A stretch of 64,000 nt of DNA, taken from NCBI GenBank assembly GCA_951406725.2, contig OX597836.1:26164001-26228000 (forward strand), in the 5' to 3' direction. The notes beneath the pieces were generated by a model. The model searched no databases and was not told where the DNA came from. It saw nothing but the letters and a program-made list of their open reading frames with translations. The DNA comes from Octopus vulgaris. Taxonomy: Eukaryota. A program made the translations under genes and the position numbers. Every line of letters begins with the position of its first letter. Positions within the stretch are counted from its first letter, which is position 1. Positions 27,210-41,170 of the stretch are shown one piece after another.

Positions 27210-27875
27210 TCCAAGAAAGGCAAAAACGCAACAGAAAGGGCGAGGAATATTAATGCAGTATATGGGGATCGGACAATAAGCGTAAGCCAGTGTCAACAAC
27301 GGTTCCAGAAATTCGAAGCCGGCAGCTACAGGCTAAAAACCGGGCCTCGTCCTGAAAGATCTGTAGAGCTCGACGTGGTTGTCCTGAAAACCCTAGTGGA
27401 ACAAAATCCCATTGTAACTGTTGAGGAACTAGCAGAGAAGCTTAGATTTGGTCATTCAACCAGTCATTCAAGTAAGCGCTAGAAGAAACCCGACCATCTT
27501 TGGTTTCAAGACGAAAAGTGTTCTTCCATCAGGATAATGCTTGGCCACATACAGCTAGGATGACATTCCAAAGGCTGGAGCAATTTGAGTGGGGAAACGA
27601 TGCCCCACCCACCATATTCGCCGGACATTGCACCATCTGATTACCATTTATTCCGCAGTCTTCAAAATCATGAGGTCAGAACAGTACAGGGGCAGTATTT
27701 TCCGTCACGGACAAGTGAATTTTGGAAGAGGGGCCTTGCAAGTCTACCAGATAGATAGAAGAGCATTGTAGAAAATGAAGGAGAGTATAGTTTACATTGA
27801 AAAAGAACTTTATCTTAATTTTGAAAAATAAAAGACGTATCAAAAAACGCATTATTTATGGGATGTCTCAATATT
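27210..27875 (+). mobile_element. Internally deleted mariner transposase fossil
   Basis: ARNINAVYGD..RFQKF HTH region; HQDNA; HPPYSPDIAPSDYHLFRSLQNH. Confidence 0.88.
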
Positions 27876-27897
27876 ATATTAAACTACATTATACTCA

Positions 27898-28105
27898 GGG
27901 CGTCAAGCTAGCAGAACCTTTAGCACGCCGGCAGAAAATGTTTAGCTGTATTTCGTCCGTCTTTATGGTCTGAGTTCAAATTCCATCGATTTCAAATTGC
28001 CTCTCATCTTTTCGAGGTCTATAAAATAAGTACAAGTAAAACACTAAAAGTAGGGAACACTGTAATCGACTTACACCCTGCCCCAAAATTTCAGGCTTTA
28101 TATCT
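27898..28105 (+). mobile_element. SINE family C, diverged
   Basis: Similar to 36013-36245. Confidence 0.7.
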
Positions 28106-28114
28106 ATAATGTTG

Positions 28115-28372
28115 TTTCCTACTCGGGCCATGCCTGGCTCCTAAGGGCTGGTTTCCCGATTTCATTAGCGTATGGGTTCCCCACCTGGACGAGACGCTCG
28201 TCGCAAGTGAGCTGCTAGATGCAGGAGGAAAGAGTGAAAGTTGTGGCGAAAGAGTCAGCAAAGTTTCGCCATTACATTCCGCCAGAGCCGCGTGGGGCTT
28301 AGGTGTTTTGCTCATAAATACACACATCGCCTGGTCTGAGATTCGAATCCTCGAACTCGCGATTCCTCGACC
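28115..28372 (-). mobile_element. SINE family A-related copy with a third tail type
   Basis: Shares gaaagttgtgg..cgtgg..cttaggtgtttt..ggtctg.gattcgaa block; different distal tail. Confidence 0.65.
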
Positions 28373-28765
28373 GATCTATAACACAAAGTATTATTTATGT
28401 GTTCGTGTTTAGCACTGAGATTCACCAGAAGACCAAAGAGTACATCTGAACTGTGTTTAAGTGTAAGTCACTAAATATGGACGATGAATAATTGCTATCA
28501 CGTGATACTGCAATAGGTCGGAAGAATAAATATGGAAAGGACAAATGTCGGATACACCACATAAGAAAATAGTCTGTACTACATACGTATATACGTGTGC
28601 GTGTATGTGTGTGTGTGCGTTTGTGCGCGCGTGTGTGTGCGTGTGTATCTGTGTGTCCGTGTGTGTAAGTGTGTGAGTGCATGTGTGTGAATGTGTGTGT
28701 ATGAGTGTGTGTGTGTGTGTGTGTCTGTCTGTCTGTGTGTGTCTGTGTGTGCGTATTATATATTG

Positions 28766-29132
28766 GTGCAGGTGTAGCTGTGTGGCGAGGTTTGCTTCTC
28801 CATTACATGTTTCCAGGTTCGATCCCACTGCATGGAATGCCTCGAGCCAACCTAGGCCTTGTCACTCGATTTGGTAGATGAAAACTGAAAGAAGCCTGTC
28901 GTGTGTGTGTGTGTGTGTGTGTTGTTGTGTCTGTGTTTGTATCCCACCACCGCTTGACAACCGGTGTTGGTTTGCTTAGGTCCTCGTCACTTAGCGATTC
29001 TGCAAAAGGGACCGATAGACTAAGTACCATAGCTTTACAAAAGTAACAAGTATTAGGGTCGGTTCGTTCGACTACAAATTTTCCAATTTGGCGCTCCAGC
29101 ATGGCCGCAGCCTAATGACTGAAACAAGCAAG
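28766..29132 (+). mobile_element. SINE family B, diverged
   Basis: Alignment to 14034-14460. Confidence 0.8.
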
Positions 29133-29197
29133 AAATAAATGATAAAAGACATACGTATGAGCGTGGTGTACGTGTGTGAGTGTGTATTTATATAGCA

Positions 29198-29581
29198 TGG
29201 AGGCGCAATGGCCCAGTGGTTAGGGCAGCGGACTCGCGGTCGGAGGATCGCGGTTTCGATTCCCAGACCGGGCATTGTGAGTGTTTATTGAGCGAAAACA
29301 CCTAAATCTCATCGAGGCTCCGGCAGGGGGTGGTGGTGAACCCTGCTGTACTCTTTCACCACAACTTTCTCTCACTCTTTCTTCCTGTTTCTCTTGTACC
29401 TGTATTTCAAAGGGGCCAGCCTTGTCACACTCTGTGTCACGCTGAATCTCCTCGAGAACTACGTCAAGGGTACACGTGTCTGTGGAGTGCTCAGCCACTT
29501 GCACGTTAATATATCACGAGCAAGCTGTTCCGTTGATCGTATCAGCTGGGACCCTCATCGTCGCAACCGACGGAGTGCTCC
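29198..29581 (+). mobile_element. SINE family A, full length
   Basis: Reverse complement of 5706-6089; TSD ATTTATATAG at 29186-29195 and 29582-29591. Confidence 0.9.
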
Positions 29582-29724
29582 ATTTATATAGAAATAATTG
29601 TTTAGCAGATGTCGCATATGATGGTTCGTTATGACTGCTAAAAAAAAGTGTTGAAGACAAAATTCATTCGTTTTGTAGAGAAAAAGAAAAAATTAGAAGC
29701 ATCTCAGAAAATGGGGAAAAAAAG

Positions 29725-29804
<80 letters not shown>

Positions 29805-30103
29805 GGAGGAGAAGAGTAAAAGGAAGAAGATGAATGAGAAATTGTAGCAGAAATTAAAAAAAGACAAGAGGAGAAAAAAGACCAGAGTAAAGAAAAAAAT
29901 GGAAGAAAAACTAAAAGAAAATTTAGGATTCATGTGTGAAGGAAAAAAGAAAATGTTGCATGTTGAAAGTAGAATATATAGACTATTGTTAAATATAGTA
30001 GAGATGAATCGGTATTCTATAGAGACAGGAGAGGAAGAGTCTAAAGAAATATAACGAGGGTAGGAATGAAAAATGTTCACAAAACCAAAAATGACGTTAT
30101 AGT

Positions 30104-30153
<50 letters not shown>

Positions 30154-30577
30154 CATACATACATACATACATACATACATACATACATACATACATACAT
30201 ACATACATACATACATACATACATACATACATAGTAGGTAGTACATATAGATGTACTCTAGTCTAATCAACCGCGCATATTGAGTAGCTTTTCGTATGGA
30301 ATCATTTAGCGAGCAATGGCATTAGAAATGGAGAGGCAGAGAAACAATTGTAACTAATGGTAGTAAAGTTGTGATAAATTCATTCTTCGTCTTTTTACTT
30401 GTGTAATATGTTATTCCTTGTCAGAATTATGCACAGCCTTTACCGGTGAGGTGCCATGGAGGTTTCTGCACCCGTGAAGTTTCAATTTTTCCCAAAGTTC
30501 TAATTTGAAAATGAAGATATCTAGGAGTCCATGTTTGGTTCTGCATACCCCAATTTTCCACCCAAATTGGATCAACA

Positions 30578-30632
<55 letters not shown>

Positions 30633-30633
<1 letters not shown>

Positions 30634-30828
30634 TCTGTGTTTGTCCCCCCATCATCACTTGACAACCGATGTTGGTGTGTTTATGTCTCCGTAACTTAGC
30701 GGTTCGGCAAAACAGACCGATAGAATAAGTACTAGGCTTACAAAGACTAGGTCCTGGGGTCGATTTGCTCGACTAAAGGCGGCACTCCAGCATAGTCGCA
30801 GTCAAATGACTGAAACAAGTAAAAAGAA
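30633..30828 (+). mobile_element. SINE family B, 3' half
   Basis: Matches 14265-14460. Confidence 0.85.
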
Positions 30829-30845
30829 TACACACACACACACAC

Positions 30846-30899
<54 letters not shown>

Positions 30900-31451
30900 G
30901 CGCAATTATATCAGAATTTCCAAGCGTTTTCACACAATCTTTATCATAAAGGATTGATCAACGCAAGACTTTTGCTGTGCATGGAAATCGAACACGGCTC
31001 CAGGTGATCGCGAGCCAAACTGTTTAATCATGATTTATAATAGCATTACATTATACCACATAATATAAATATATAGTTTAGTATTAACATTAATCCACGT
31101 TAACATAATTCACGCCAATATTAATAGTAATATTTGATATAAAGTGTATTTTCAGACAATATTTAACAAAATTATCAGTGACGTTTGAAAGAGTATTAAG
31201 TGGTATGTGTGTGTGTGTGTCAGAGTGTGTGTCAGTGTGTGTGTCAGTGTGTGTCAGTGTGTGTGTCAGTGTGTGTGTGTGTACTGTAAGGGAATGTGTG
31301 TGTATATTGTGTGCGTGTGTTGTATTTGTATAAGTATGATGTATGTTAAAATCTTATCTGAATTGTTGAGTAAGTTATCACACAGATCAATAGGAACAGT
31401 GTGTGAAAGCAGTTTCTATGGCGCTGATGGTGGCGCCCGTAATGGGATGGT

Positions 31452-31495
<44 letters not shown>

Positions 31496-31800
31496 GCGGT
31501 GGTAGTGGCGGCAGTGGTGATAGTGCTGGTGGTGGTTGTCGTGGTGGTATATGATGGAGATGGCAGCATTGGTGGTACTTATAGTAACATTTACATTAGT
31601 GATGAGGATATTAACAGTTAATAGTGGCAATCACGGTGATTGTGGTAATGATGGTGTTGGTGGTGGTGGTGGTGGTCGTCGTCGTCGTCGTCGTCGTCGT
31701 CGTGGTGGTGGTGGTCGTCGTCGTCGTGGCAGCGGTGGTGGTGAGGCCGGCTATTGTCTTTTTACTTCCGTTTGAGAAATTTGTTTTTGTTACATTTGTA

Positions 31801-31884
<84 letters not shown>

Positions 31885-32016
31885 TGTGCGTGTGTGTCTG
31901 TGTGTGTGTGTTTGTGTGTATGTATATATTACCAATTTAGCATCTTGTATACATATATTTATACATACATATACACAAATCTACGTGCGCACGTATATTT
32001 ATGCTTATGTATATGC

Positions 32017-32058
<42 letters not shown>

Positions 32059-32219
32059 GTGCGTGTATATATGTGTGTAATATTACATTAACATCTATTA
32101 AACATATATATATACATATATATGTATGTATTATCACGTAAACACCAATTGTACATGTGTGAGATTGTATGTGTTTATATATGTGTGTGTATACATACAT
32201 ACATACATACATACATACA

Positions 32220-32254
<35 letters not shown>

Positions 32255-32747
32255 GTGTGTGTATGCATATATGTATTCATATATGTAGGTAGGTAGGTAG
32301 GTAGGTAGGTAGGTAGGTAGGTAGGTAGGTAGGTAGGTAGGTAGGTAGGTAGGTAGGTAGGTAGGTAGGTAGGTAGGTAGGTAGGTAGGTAGGTAGGTAG
32401 GTAGGTAGGTAGGTAGGTATGATTGAAATGTTTTATGATTTAAATTCTTACAATAAAAATAGGAACAACTTTCTAACAAAGAAACAAAAGAATTATCACC
32501 AGTCTTTTGATAAGAGCAGCGATAAGTCTTACACGTGGAACTTTAAAATATCTTGCATATGTTTATTGTTCCTCTTATTTAGTGTAATTGATTACTCTCT
32601 TGATCGCTCCCTTTATGTGCGTGTGTGTGTGTCTCGGTCTTCTGTATTTAATTATTTAAATTCTTCCTCTAAAGTAGGTGTTGGTTTCTAACCAAAGATA
32701 CAAAACTCCATCTTTGGAATGTAAATAACGAAAATAATGTCATATTT

Positions 32748-33236
32748 GGAGACGATGATCTCCTGGGGCTACAAGCTACAGTAACGCCCACCCTTAGTGG
32801 TTAGCCATATTGAGATGGCTAGTATACCTTACGTTGTCGTGCAGTTACTGTTTACATCTCGTTCAGAGATTTATTATTGCTTGCATACAGTTTTTCGAGA
32901 TCAGTGACGAAAAGTTACTGGAAAAACGATATAAAGTATTTGCATTGGGACCCCCTTCATCGACAACTGGTGACTGCCGTACGCTGAAGACAGGCAAATA
33001 CCTAGAAACTGCAGTCCGTGCGTGTCACCTAGGTTGACGAGGGAGGGATGACCTCCCTTTGCAAATACCATAAGTGCATAGAAAGTGTGCCTAAAGCCAG
33101 CTTGAGACGATGATCTCCTGGGGCTAAAAGCTACAGTAACACCCACCCTTAGTGGTTAGCCATATTGAGATGGCTAGTATACCTTACATTGTCGTGCAGT
33201 TACTGTTTACATCTCGTTCAGAGATTTATTATTGCT
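32748..33236 (+). mobile_element. Retrozyme-like element: 1.4 copies of a 355-bp unit, with TSD
   Basis: 32749-32882 repeated at 33104-33237; TAATGTCATATTT at 32735-32747 and 33237-33249; central HHR; no meaningful ORF. Confidence 0.85.
32969..33029 (+). ncRNA. Type I hammerhead ribozyme with extended, bulged stem I
   Basis: ggtgac tgcc gtacg CTGAAGA c agg caaata cct a GAAAC tgca GTC cgtgc gt gtcacc. Confidence 0.87.
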
Positions 33237-33540
33237 TAATGTCATATTTTACAGCGGAGAAATGTCTTGCCTAGTTTTATTCTTCCGCTTACAAATTGAA
33301 TTTGTAATGTGCAAATCGGTGGATTGATTTCTTTTCCTGAAAATCCAAGTTTGTCCAGACTAACAATAAGGCATTTGCTTAGAAAACCAAATACTCCAAC
33401 TGTTATTGGTATAAATGTTAATTTCTAATCCAGATATAGCTGCTGGAGGTTTCCAAGTACTTGTCCATAGTTATCCTTTTTCTTGTCCATTTTCAAAAAT
33501 ATAATCACATCAGCAGAACAGCTGACCTTTATGACGGTAC

Positions 33541-34046
33541 ATGTCTGTCTGTCTGTATGTATGTATATATGTATGTATATATGTATGTATTAATGTATAT
33601 ATGTATGTATGTATATATGTATGTATGTATGTATGTATTAATGTATATATGTATGTATGTATATATGTATGTATGTATGTATGTATATATGTATGTATGT
33701 ATTAATGTAAGTATGTATGTATGTATGTATTAATGTATATATGTATGTATTAATGTATGTATGTATTAATGTATGTATGTATGTATGTATGTATATATGT
33801 ATGTATATATGTATGTATGTATTAATGTATGTATGTCTGTCTGTATGTATGTATGTATATATGTATGTATGTATTATTGTATGTATGTATGTATGTATGT
33901 ATGTATGTATGTATGTATGTATGTATGTATGTATGTATGTATTAATGTATATATGTATGTATGTATGTATATATGTATGTATGTATTAATGTATATATGT
34001 ATGTATGTATGTATGTATTAATGTATATATGTATGTATGTATTATG

Positions 34047-34077
<31 letters not shown>

Positions 34078-34320
34078 GTATATATGTATGTATATATGTA
34101 TGTATGTATTAATGTATATATATATGTATGTATGTATTAATGTATATATGTATGTATGTATTATGTATGTATGTATGTGTGTATTAATGTATATATATAT
34201 GTATGTATATATGTATGTATGTATGTATATATGTATGTATGTATTAATGTATATATGTATTATGTATGTATGTATGTATGTATGTATGTATGTATATATG
34301 TATGTATATATGTATTAATG

Positions 34321-34354
<34 letters not shown>

Positions 34355-34392
34355 TGTATGTATGTATGTATGTATGTATGTTTGTATGTATA
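33541..34392 (+). repeat. Degenerate (ATGT)n satellite with periodic ATTA interruptions
   Basis: Direct reading. Confidence 0.92.
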
Positions 34393-34669
34393 ATCAAGAC
34401 ATAATAAAGAAGAATGAAGAATTATACATCTTCACAATGTCTTTATTACAGTATTATTCCCATGAAATTCCCGTTAAAGTCCAATCCGACACGTGTTTCT
34501 GCTGGATAAGTGTCCTAACGTCCTATCAGTTTTGTTCAAAATTTTTTACCCCTGTAGATGATCCCTATTCCTTCACGCTACGTATACACACACCCACACA
34601 CATATATGTATGTATATATATGTGTATATGTATATATATATATGTATATGTATAAATATGGACATATAG

Positions 34670-34737
<68 letters not shown>

Positions 34738-34744
<7 letters not shown>

Positions 34745-35022
34745 ATCACGTGACCGACCAGCCCATCAGATGTTGCTACACGTCGCTGGCCACAATGCGT
34801 TTGCATTGTTTTAGCCTTCGAACGACGCCACCCCGCTGGCTAAGCGAGCAGGCCAACAGAAGAAAGAGTGGGAGAAAGAGTGGTGAAAGAGTACAGCAGG
34901 GATCACCACCCCCTGCCGGAGCCTCGTGGAGCTTTTAGGTGTTTTCGCTCAATAAACACACACAACGCCTGGTCTGGGAATCGAAACCGCGATCCTCTGA
35001 CCGCGAGTCCGCTGCCCTAACC
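34738..35022 (-). mobile_element. SINE family A with alternative tail
   Basis: 34860-35022 matches 5910-6070; 34738-34860 does not. Confidence 0.85.
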
Positions 35023-35521
35023 ATATATATATATATATATATATATGCAAAAAAATTATATGTGTATATATTCAATAAACTATACATTTAGCCCGGTTCA
35101 ATCTTGCCACTAGATGTAGCTGCATGTTACCTAATCAACATCATACCAGGTATCTTCATGACATTTGGGTTGCGCGGGAGCGGGTGATCACGTGTGTAAT
35201 GATATCTTTTTCGGACGTGTGACATAATTGACATATTTTCGTCTCATCTTAGTTTAAGCGCTTCACTGCATCCTTTAAAATGAATTTAAAACATCGCTTG
35301 AGTATTAAAACATGAATAAAACATCCAATATTTGATAGCCGGATCGATACACAGATCTTTAAATGAATTAAAGGTTTTCTGAGGTTTCATGCCATAATTA
35401 TATATTTTTTAGATTCAGCTCACTCCTTTTTTTTTTTAACTTCATTAATGCTTTAGGGTTATGTCTTGATTTTCCCATAGCAAAGACCTAATCTTCTTAA
35501 TGTTCCGAGATGTAATGCTAC

Positions 35522-35932
35522 AAAGCGTGGCTGTGTGGTAAGAAGCTTGCTATCCAACCACATGGTGCTGGGTTCATTCCTACTGCGTGGAACTTTGGAC
35601 AAGTGTCTCGGGACGGCCAAAGCCTCGTGGATGAATTTGGCGAACGGAAACTGAAAGAAGCTTGTCGTATATATACAGGTATGTGTATGTTTGTGTATGT
35701 GCGCGTGTGTGTGTGTCGTGTCTGTGTTTGTGTGTGTGTAGATATCTCATCACCGCTTGACAACTGATGTTGTGCTTACATCCCTGTAACTTAGCGCTTC
35801 AGCAACAGAGCACAATAGACTAAGGTCCAGGCTGTAAAAAAGTAATTACTAGGGCTCATTCATTCAACAAAAGTTCTTTCACTATGGTGATTCAGCATGG
35901 CCGCAGTCTAATGACAGAAATAAGTAAAAGAT
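35522..35932 (+). mobile_element. SINE family B, diverged
   Basis: Alignment to 14034-14460. Confidence 0.8.
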
Positions 35933-36012
35933 AAACGAAACCCAAGAAAGGTTACACATCTCCTCAATGCCGTCATTGTGGCCAAGTTTACGGAAAATAT
36001 ACCCATGGCTAA

Positions 36013-36245
36013 GGCGGCGAGCTGGCAGAAACGTTAGCACGCTGGGCGAAATGCGTAGCCGTATTTCGTCTGCCGTTACGTTCTGAGTTCAAATCCGCCG
36101 AGGTCGACTTTGCCTTTCATTCCTTTCGGGGTCGATAAATTAAGTACCAGTTACGCACTGGGGTCGATGTAATCGACTTAATCCCTTTGTCTGTCCTTGT
36201 TTGTCCCCTCTGTGTTTGGCCCCTTCTGGGTAGTAAAGAAATAAA
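36013..36245 (+). mobile_element. SINE family C, full length (close copies 38581-38807 and 53459-53670)
   Basis: Head ggcggcgagctggcagaa, B-box-like GAGTTCAAATCC, central gcctttcatcctttcggggtcgataaa block resembling the MetaSINE domain. Confidence 0.88.
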
Positions 36246-36967
36246 TATACCCATGGATAACCTCTTTTACATATATATGCAATGTTTCTCCGCCAAGCGT
36301 TGCTTGCAGTACGCTAGTCCAATAGTTATGGGTCGATATTTATCATCAGAGACAAAGTAATTTTTGACAATTACACTGTGTGTGCACACGTGTATGTGCG
36401 TGGTAGTGGTGGTGCTGGTGCTGGTGGTGCTGGTGCTGGTCGTCGTCGTAGGGATCTGTTATTGAATTTTAATTCTAGATGCATAGTTGTCAGCGAACGA
36501 ACCGTTTTCTAACCTAGATTCAAATTTGCTTCTTTGGAATTTCAACATAAACAGGATAGTTATGCATGGTTACGTGTAGTCAGTGTATGCGCAGATCTGT
36601 AGGCTGTGTTTTATGTATGTATCTTCACACGTGTAGTTGCATGTCTAAGCATCTGCATATGTACTTAAATGCCAAACTTTAGAGAAGTTTTATATATTTC
36701 GACAGTACCTTCCATTGACTGCTTGTATAAGTAATCTCATGTATCTATATATGTGAGTGTGTGTGTATGTGCCTGTATATAAATGTGTATATGTGTGTAT
36801 GCATACGTTTGTATATGTACGTATAACTACACTATACGCCTGTTTCTCAATATATATCAGTGTGTATTTGTATGTATTTTCATATATATGTAAGTTTTAA
36901 TACATATACTTACTCGTTTTCCTCTTCACACACACAATATGTTATATATACGACAGTATATACGTAC

Positions 36968-37022
<55 letters not shown>

Positions 37023-37179
37023 TATACACATATATACATATACATACACACATATATGTATATGTGTGTATGTATGTATATTATGTATATATATAAATGT
37101 GTGTGCGTGTTTATATATATATATATGTATACATATATCTGTGTTTGTATATCTACACATATATATATACATACGTACA

Positions 37180-37245
<66 letters not shown>

Positions 37246-37783
37246 TGTATGTACTGATGTATATAAGTCTGCATATATGTATATAATTGTATGTGTCTAA
37301 ATTTACATGAACGCAAAGGTACGTATATTTATATATGTCTATGAAATGTGTCTATGAATATGTATGTGTGTGTATGTGTTTGAGTGTGGGGTGGGAGGTT
37401 CTTTCTCTTAAAATGTTCATTTTCTTCCAACCATTATAATCCGAGAACAAATAAATAATATAATTATCTAATTTTCTTCTTCTTTTTCTTCTTCTTGATG
37501 TTATTTGTTTTACTTCTATCGCTGTTATTTTTTTTTACTTATTTCAAATCCCCTCCTCCTCCAATTTACTTACACACCCACACCCACACACACATGCTCG
37601 CTCACACACACACACACACACACATACACACACACACAAAGTCGCTTTCTTTCTAACACTCCTTTCCCCCTTCCTATATCTGTCTTTCCCCTTCCTCCAA
37701 GCTTTCAGATCAAGTATGTTTTTTTCTCTCTCCCTCTTTCACTCTTTCTCTTTCTCTCTCTCCCTCTGTCTTTCTTTCTCTCC

Positions 37784-37820
<37 letters not shown>

Positions 37821-37955
37821 CCCTTCTCCTTCTCTTATTTGTTCTTACACTAATTTTGGTATTGTTATTTGGTGCTGGTGGTGCAGGTGTTATTTTTCCC
37901 TTCTCTTCTTTCTTGTATGCAGAGACACTCACGCACACACACACACACACACACC

Positions 37956-37987
<32 letters not shown>

Positions 37988-37999
37988 TTATGTACATGA

Positions 38000-38075
<76 letters not shown>

Positions 38076-38253
38076 ACTCGCTTTCGATAGCTTTTATTTC
38101 CTTGGCTGTTGATTTATTTGTGTGTACTTGTAATACAAATATCCATATTTATGAACATATGCGTTTGTAAGTATATCTTTATAGGTATGTATTTGTATTT
38201 ATGTATGTGTACGTATATAAACATATATGTATGTGTGTATATGAACCATTGTA

Positions 38254-38284
<31 letters not shown>

Positions 38285-38433
38285 ACTCTTTACTCTTTTA
38301 CTTGTTTCAGTCATTTGACTGCGGCCATGCTGGTGCACCGCCTTTAGTCGAGCAACTCGACCCCGGGATTTATTCTTTTGTAAGCCCAGTACTTATTCTA
38401 TCGGTCTCTTTTGCCGAACCGCTAAGTGACGGG
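38285..38433 (-). mobile_element. SINE family B, 3' end
   Basis: Reverse complement of 14320-14460. Confidence 0.85.
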
Positions 38434-38580
38434 GGTGTGTATTTTATTCTTTTATTCTTTTATACGTTTCAGTCATAAGGTTGTCGCCATGCCAAGCACT
38501 ACCAGTGTAATTGGCTTTTGGTGAAGGGGAGAGTTCAATACTGCTGCCCTTTTTTTAGTTTTCTGCCGTGGTATTTGTTC

Positions 38581-38807
38581 GAGCTGGCAGAACCGTTAGC
38601 ACGCCAGGCGAAATGCTTAGCGGTATTTTGTCTGTCGCTGCGTTCTGAGTTCAAATTCCGCCGAGGTTGACTTTGCCTTTCATCCTTTCGGGGTCGATAA
38701 ATTAAGTACCAGTTACGCACTGGGGTCGATGTAATCGACTTAATCCGTTTGTTTGTCCTTGTTTGTCCCCTCTGTGTTTAGCCCCTTGTGGGTAGTAAAG
38801 AAATAGG
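38581..38807 (+). mobile_element. SINE family C
   Basis: Near-identical to 36019-36245. Confidence 0.88.
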
Positions 38808-39071
38808 TATTTGTTCATCAGGGTCATTGGATAACGAGAGGTGTTGTTGTTTCTTGAAAATATTTACCCTTACTCTACGAAGATCCTTCAGATATTTTGG
38901 CAAGGCGTTAAATGGCTATGGGCCCTGAAATCCCACACTATTGCAGTACATGTTCCTCACTCTAGACGGGATTGTTGGGACCTTTGGAACAGTGAAGCAA
39001 CGTTCAGTTCGGGGGCTGATAGAGCCTCGATACAAAAGTTTGGTGTCAGCCCCCTCTCCAAGGATTTTCCA

Positions 39072-39139
<68 letters not shown>

Positions 39140-39334
39140 ACAGAGAGAGAGAGAAAAAAATAGAGAGTTTATATCTTATCAGATGAACAGACGTACAGAG
39201 CGAGAAGCACAGATTAGTGATGTATGGAGTTATAAGCTTCGAAAAAGTCTCACCGTCCATACATCCGTACGTGTACATATATATATGTGTGTGTGTGTGT
39301 GTCTGTGTGTGTGTGTGTGAGTGTATGTGTGTAT

Positions 39335-39417
<83 letters not shown>

Positions 39418-39470
39418 TATGCATGTATGTAAGTATTTATGTATGTATATATATATATATATATAAATAC

Positions 39471-40338
39471 TTTCAACAATTGAGGGTAAAATTAATTAAT
39501 TATTAATCAATTTCACCAAGTATTCAGTATGTAAAGGGACCATTTAAGGCGAATTCAAATTATTACATTATATAAAAGGGCTTAGTAAAATAAATTACTT
39601 TGCCACATACTGAACTCATTAGAAATAGCAGCTAAAAAAATTTTTTTAACTATTTCTAATACTTAAAGAAAATCTCTCTCAGATAGTGTTTGCTCAAGTC
39701 AACTCACGAAGGTATGGGGGTAAAAACATTAAAAAATCACAAATGCAAAGGTTATTTGAGAACGTACGTTTCTAGATTAGTCAAATCGACATTTCTTTCG
39801 TCAGCTCAGAACTCCTTGATTCGGATCTGGGAACACTGAAAGTGGGAGCATACCCTTTTGGCTTCTTATCACTTCCGGAGATCTGCTCGAACTACCAGTG
39901 CTAACAAATTCAAAATATGCAAGCGAAGAATTTCTGCTCTCCCCTTTCCACCAGCGTGGGTTAAAATTGGTAAACACTATGTTTTATCGGTAAAAACCGA
40001 AGCATTAAATAGAGAGAAATGAATTATAATTTCAACAATTGAGGGTAAAATTAATTAATTATTAATCAATTTCACCAAGTATTCAGTATGTAAAGGGACC
40101 ATTTAAGGCGAATTCAAATTATTACATTATATAAAAGGGCTTAGTAAAATAAATTACTTTGCCACATACTGAACTCATTAGAAATAGCAGCTAAAAAAAA
40201 TTTTTTTAACTATTTCTAATACTTAAAGAAAATCTCTCTCATATAGTGTTTGCTCAAGTCAACTCACGAAGGTATGGGGGTAAAAACATTAAAAAATCAC
40301 AAATGCAAAGGTTATTTGAGAACGTACGTTTCTAGATT

Positions 40339-40340
<2 letters not shown>
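39471..40340 (-). mobile_element. Retrozyme/PLE pseudo-LTR-like partial tandem, about 560-bp unit x 1.55, in (TA)n
   Basis: 39471-39780 nearly identical to 40030-40340; HHR on minus strand. Confidence 0.85.
39757..39808 (-). ncRNA. Type I hammerhead ribozyme
   Basis: tgag CTGACGA a aga aat gtc gattt gac taa tct a GAAAC gtac GTT ctca. Confidence 0.72.
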
Positions 40341-40422
<82 letters not shown>

Positions 40423-40428
40423 GTATGG

Positions 40429-40479
<51 letters not shown>

Positions 40480-41006
40480 TGGATTGATGGATGGATGGAT
40501 AGATAAATATAGAGATATGTGTATGTATTTGTGTGTATGCTTCTATGTAAGTGTGTGTGTCTGTGCATGTGTGTGTGTCTGTGCCTGTGTGTGTGTACAG
40601 TACAGAAAGATGACCATCTACAGGTGGTTTGTCTCTATGTATAGATAAATTTTCAAGAAATTACTAGCTTTATAGAAAGCTATCGAGTAACCTTATACGT
40701 GCATAAGAATTCTAACCACCCTCAACTGTTATTAAGAATCTTGCAAATGATATAATTAAAGGAATGTACAAACTACCCGCAGACAAGTACGTGACACAAT
40801 TTCAAGAAATTAAGTATTGTTTTATCAATCCATGTCATTTTCTCAGTGGAGTTCATCCAAAATTGCTTGGACGAGCGCACATGATACGACATGGTCAATG
40901 GCAACAAAGTGATTCCACATGTGAATTTTAATACGGATGAGTGCATGTGTATATTATGTGTGTGTGTGTGTGTGTGTGTGTCTGTGTCTGTCTGTCTGTC
41001 TGTCTA

Positions 41007-41170
41007 TGACGGGCTTCTTTCAGTTACTGTCTCCCAAACCCATTCACAAAGATTTGATAGGCCCAAGATTATAGTAGAAGACACTTTCCCAATGTTCCAT
41101 ACAGTGGGACTGAACCCGGAACTCTGTGGTTGAGAAGCAAACTTATTACCACACAGCCACGCCTGCGCCT
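41007..41170 (-). mobile_element. SINE family B, 5' half
   Basis: Reverse complement of 14034-14196. Confidence 0.8.
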
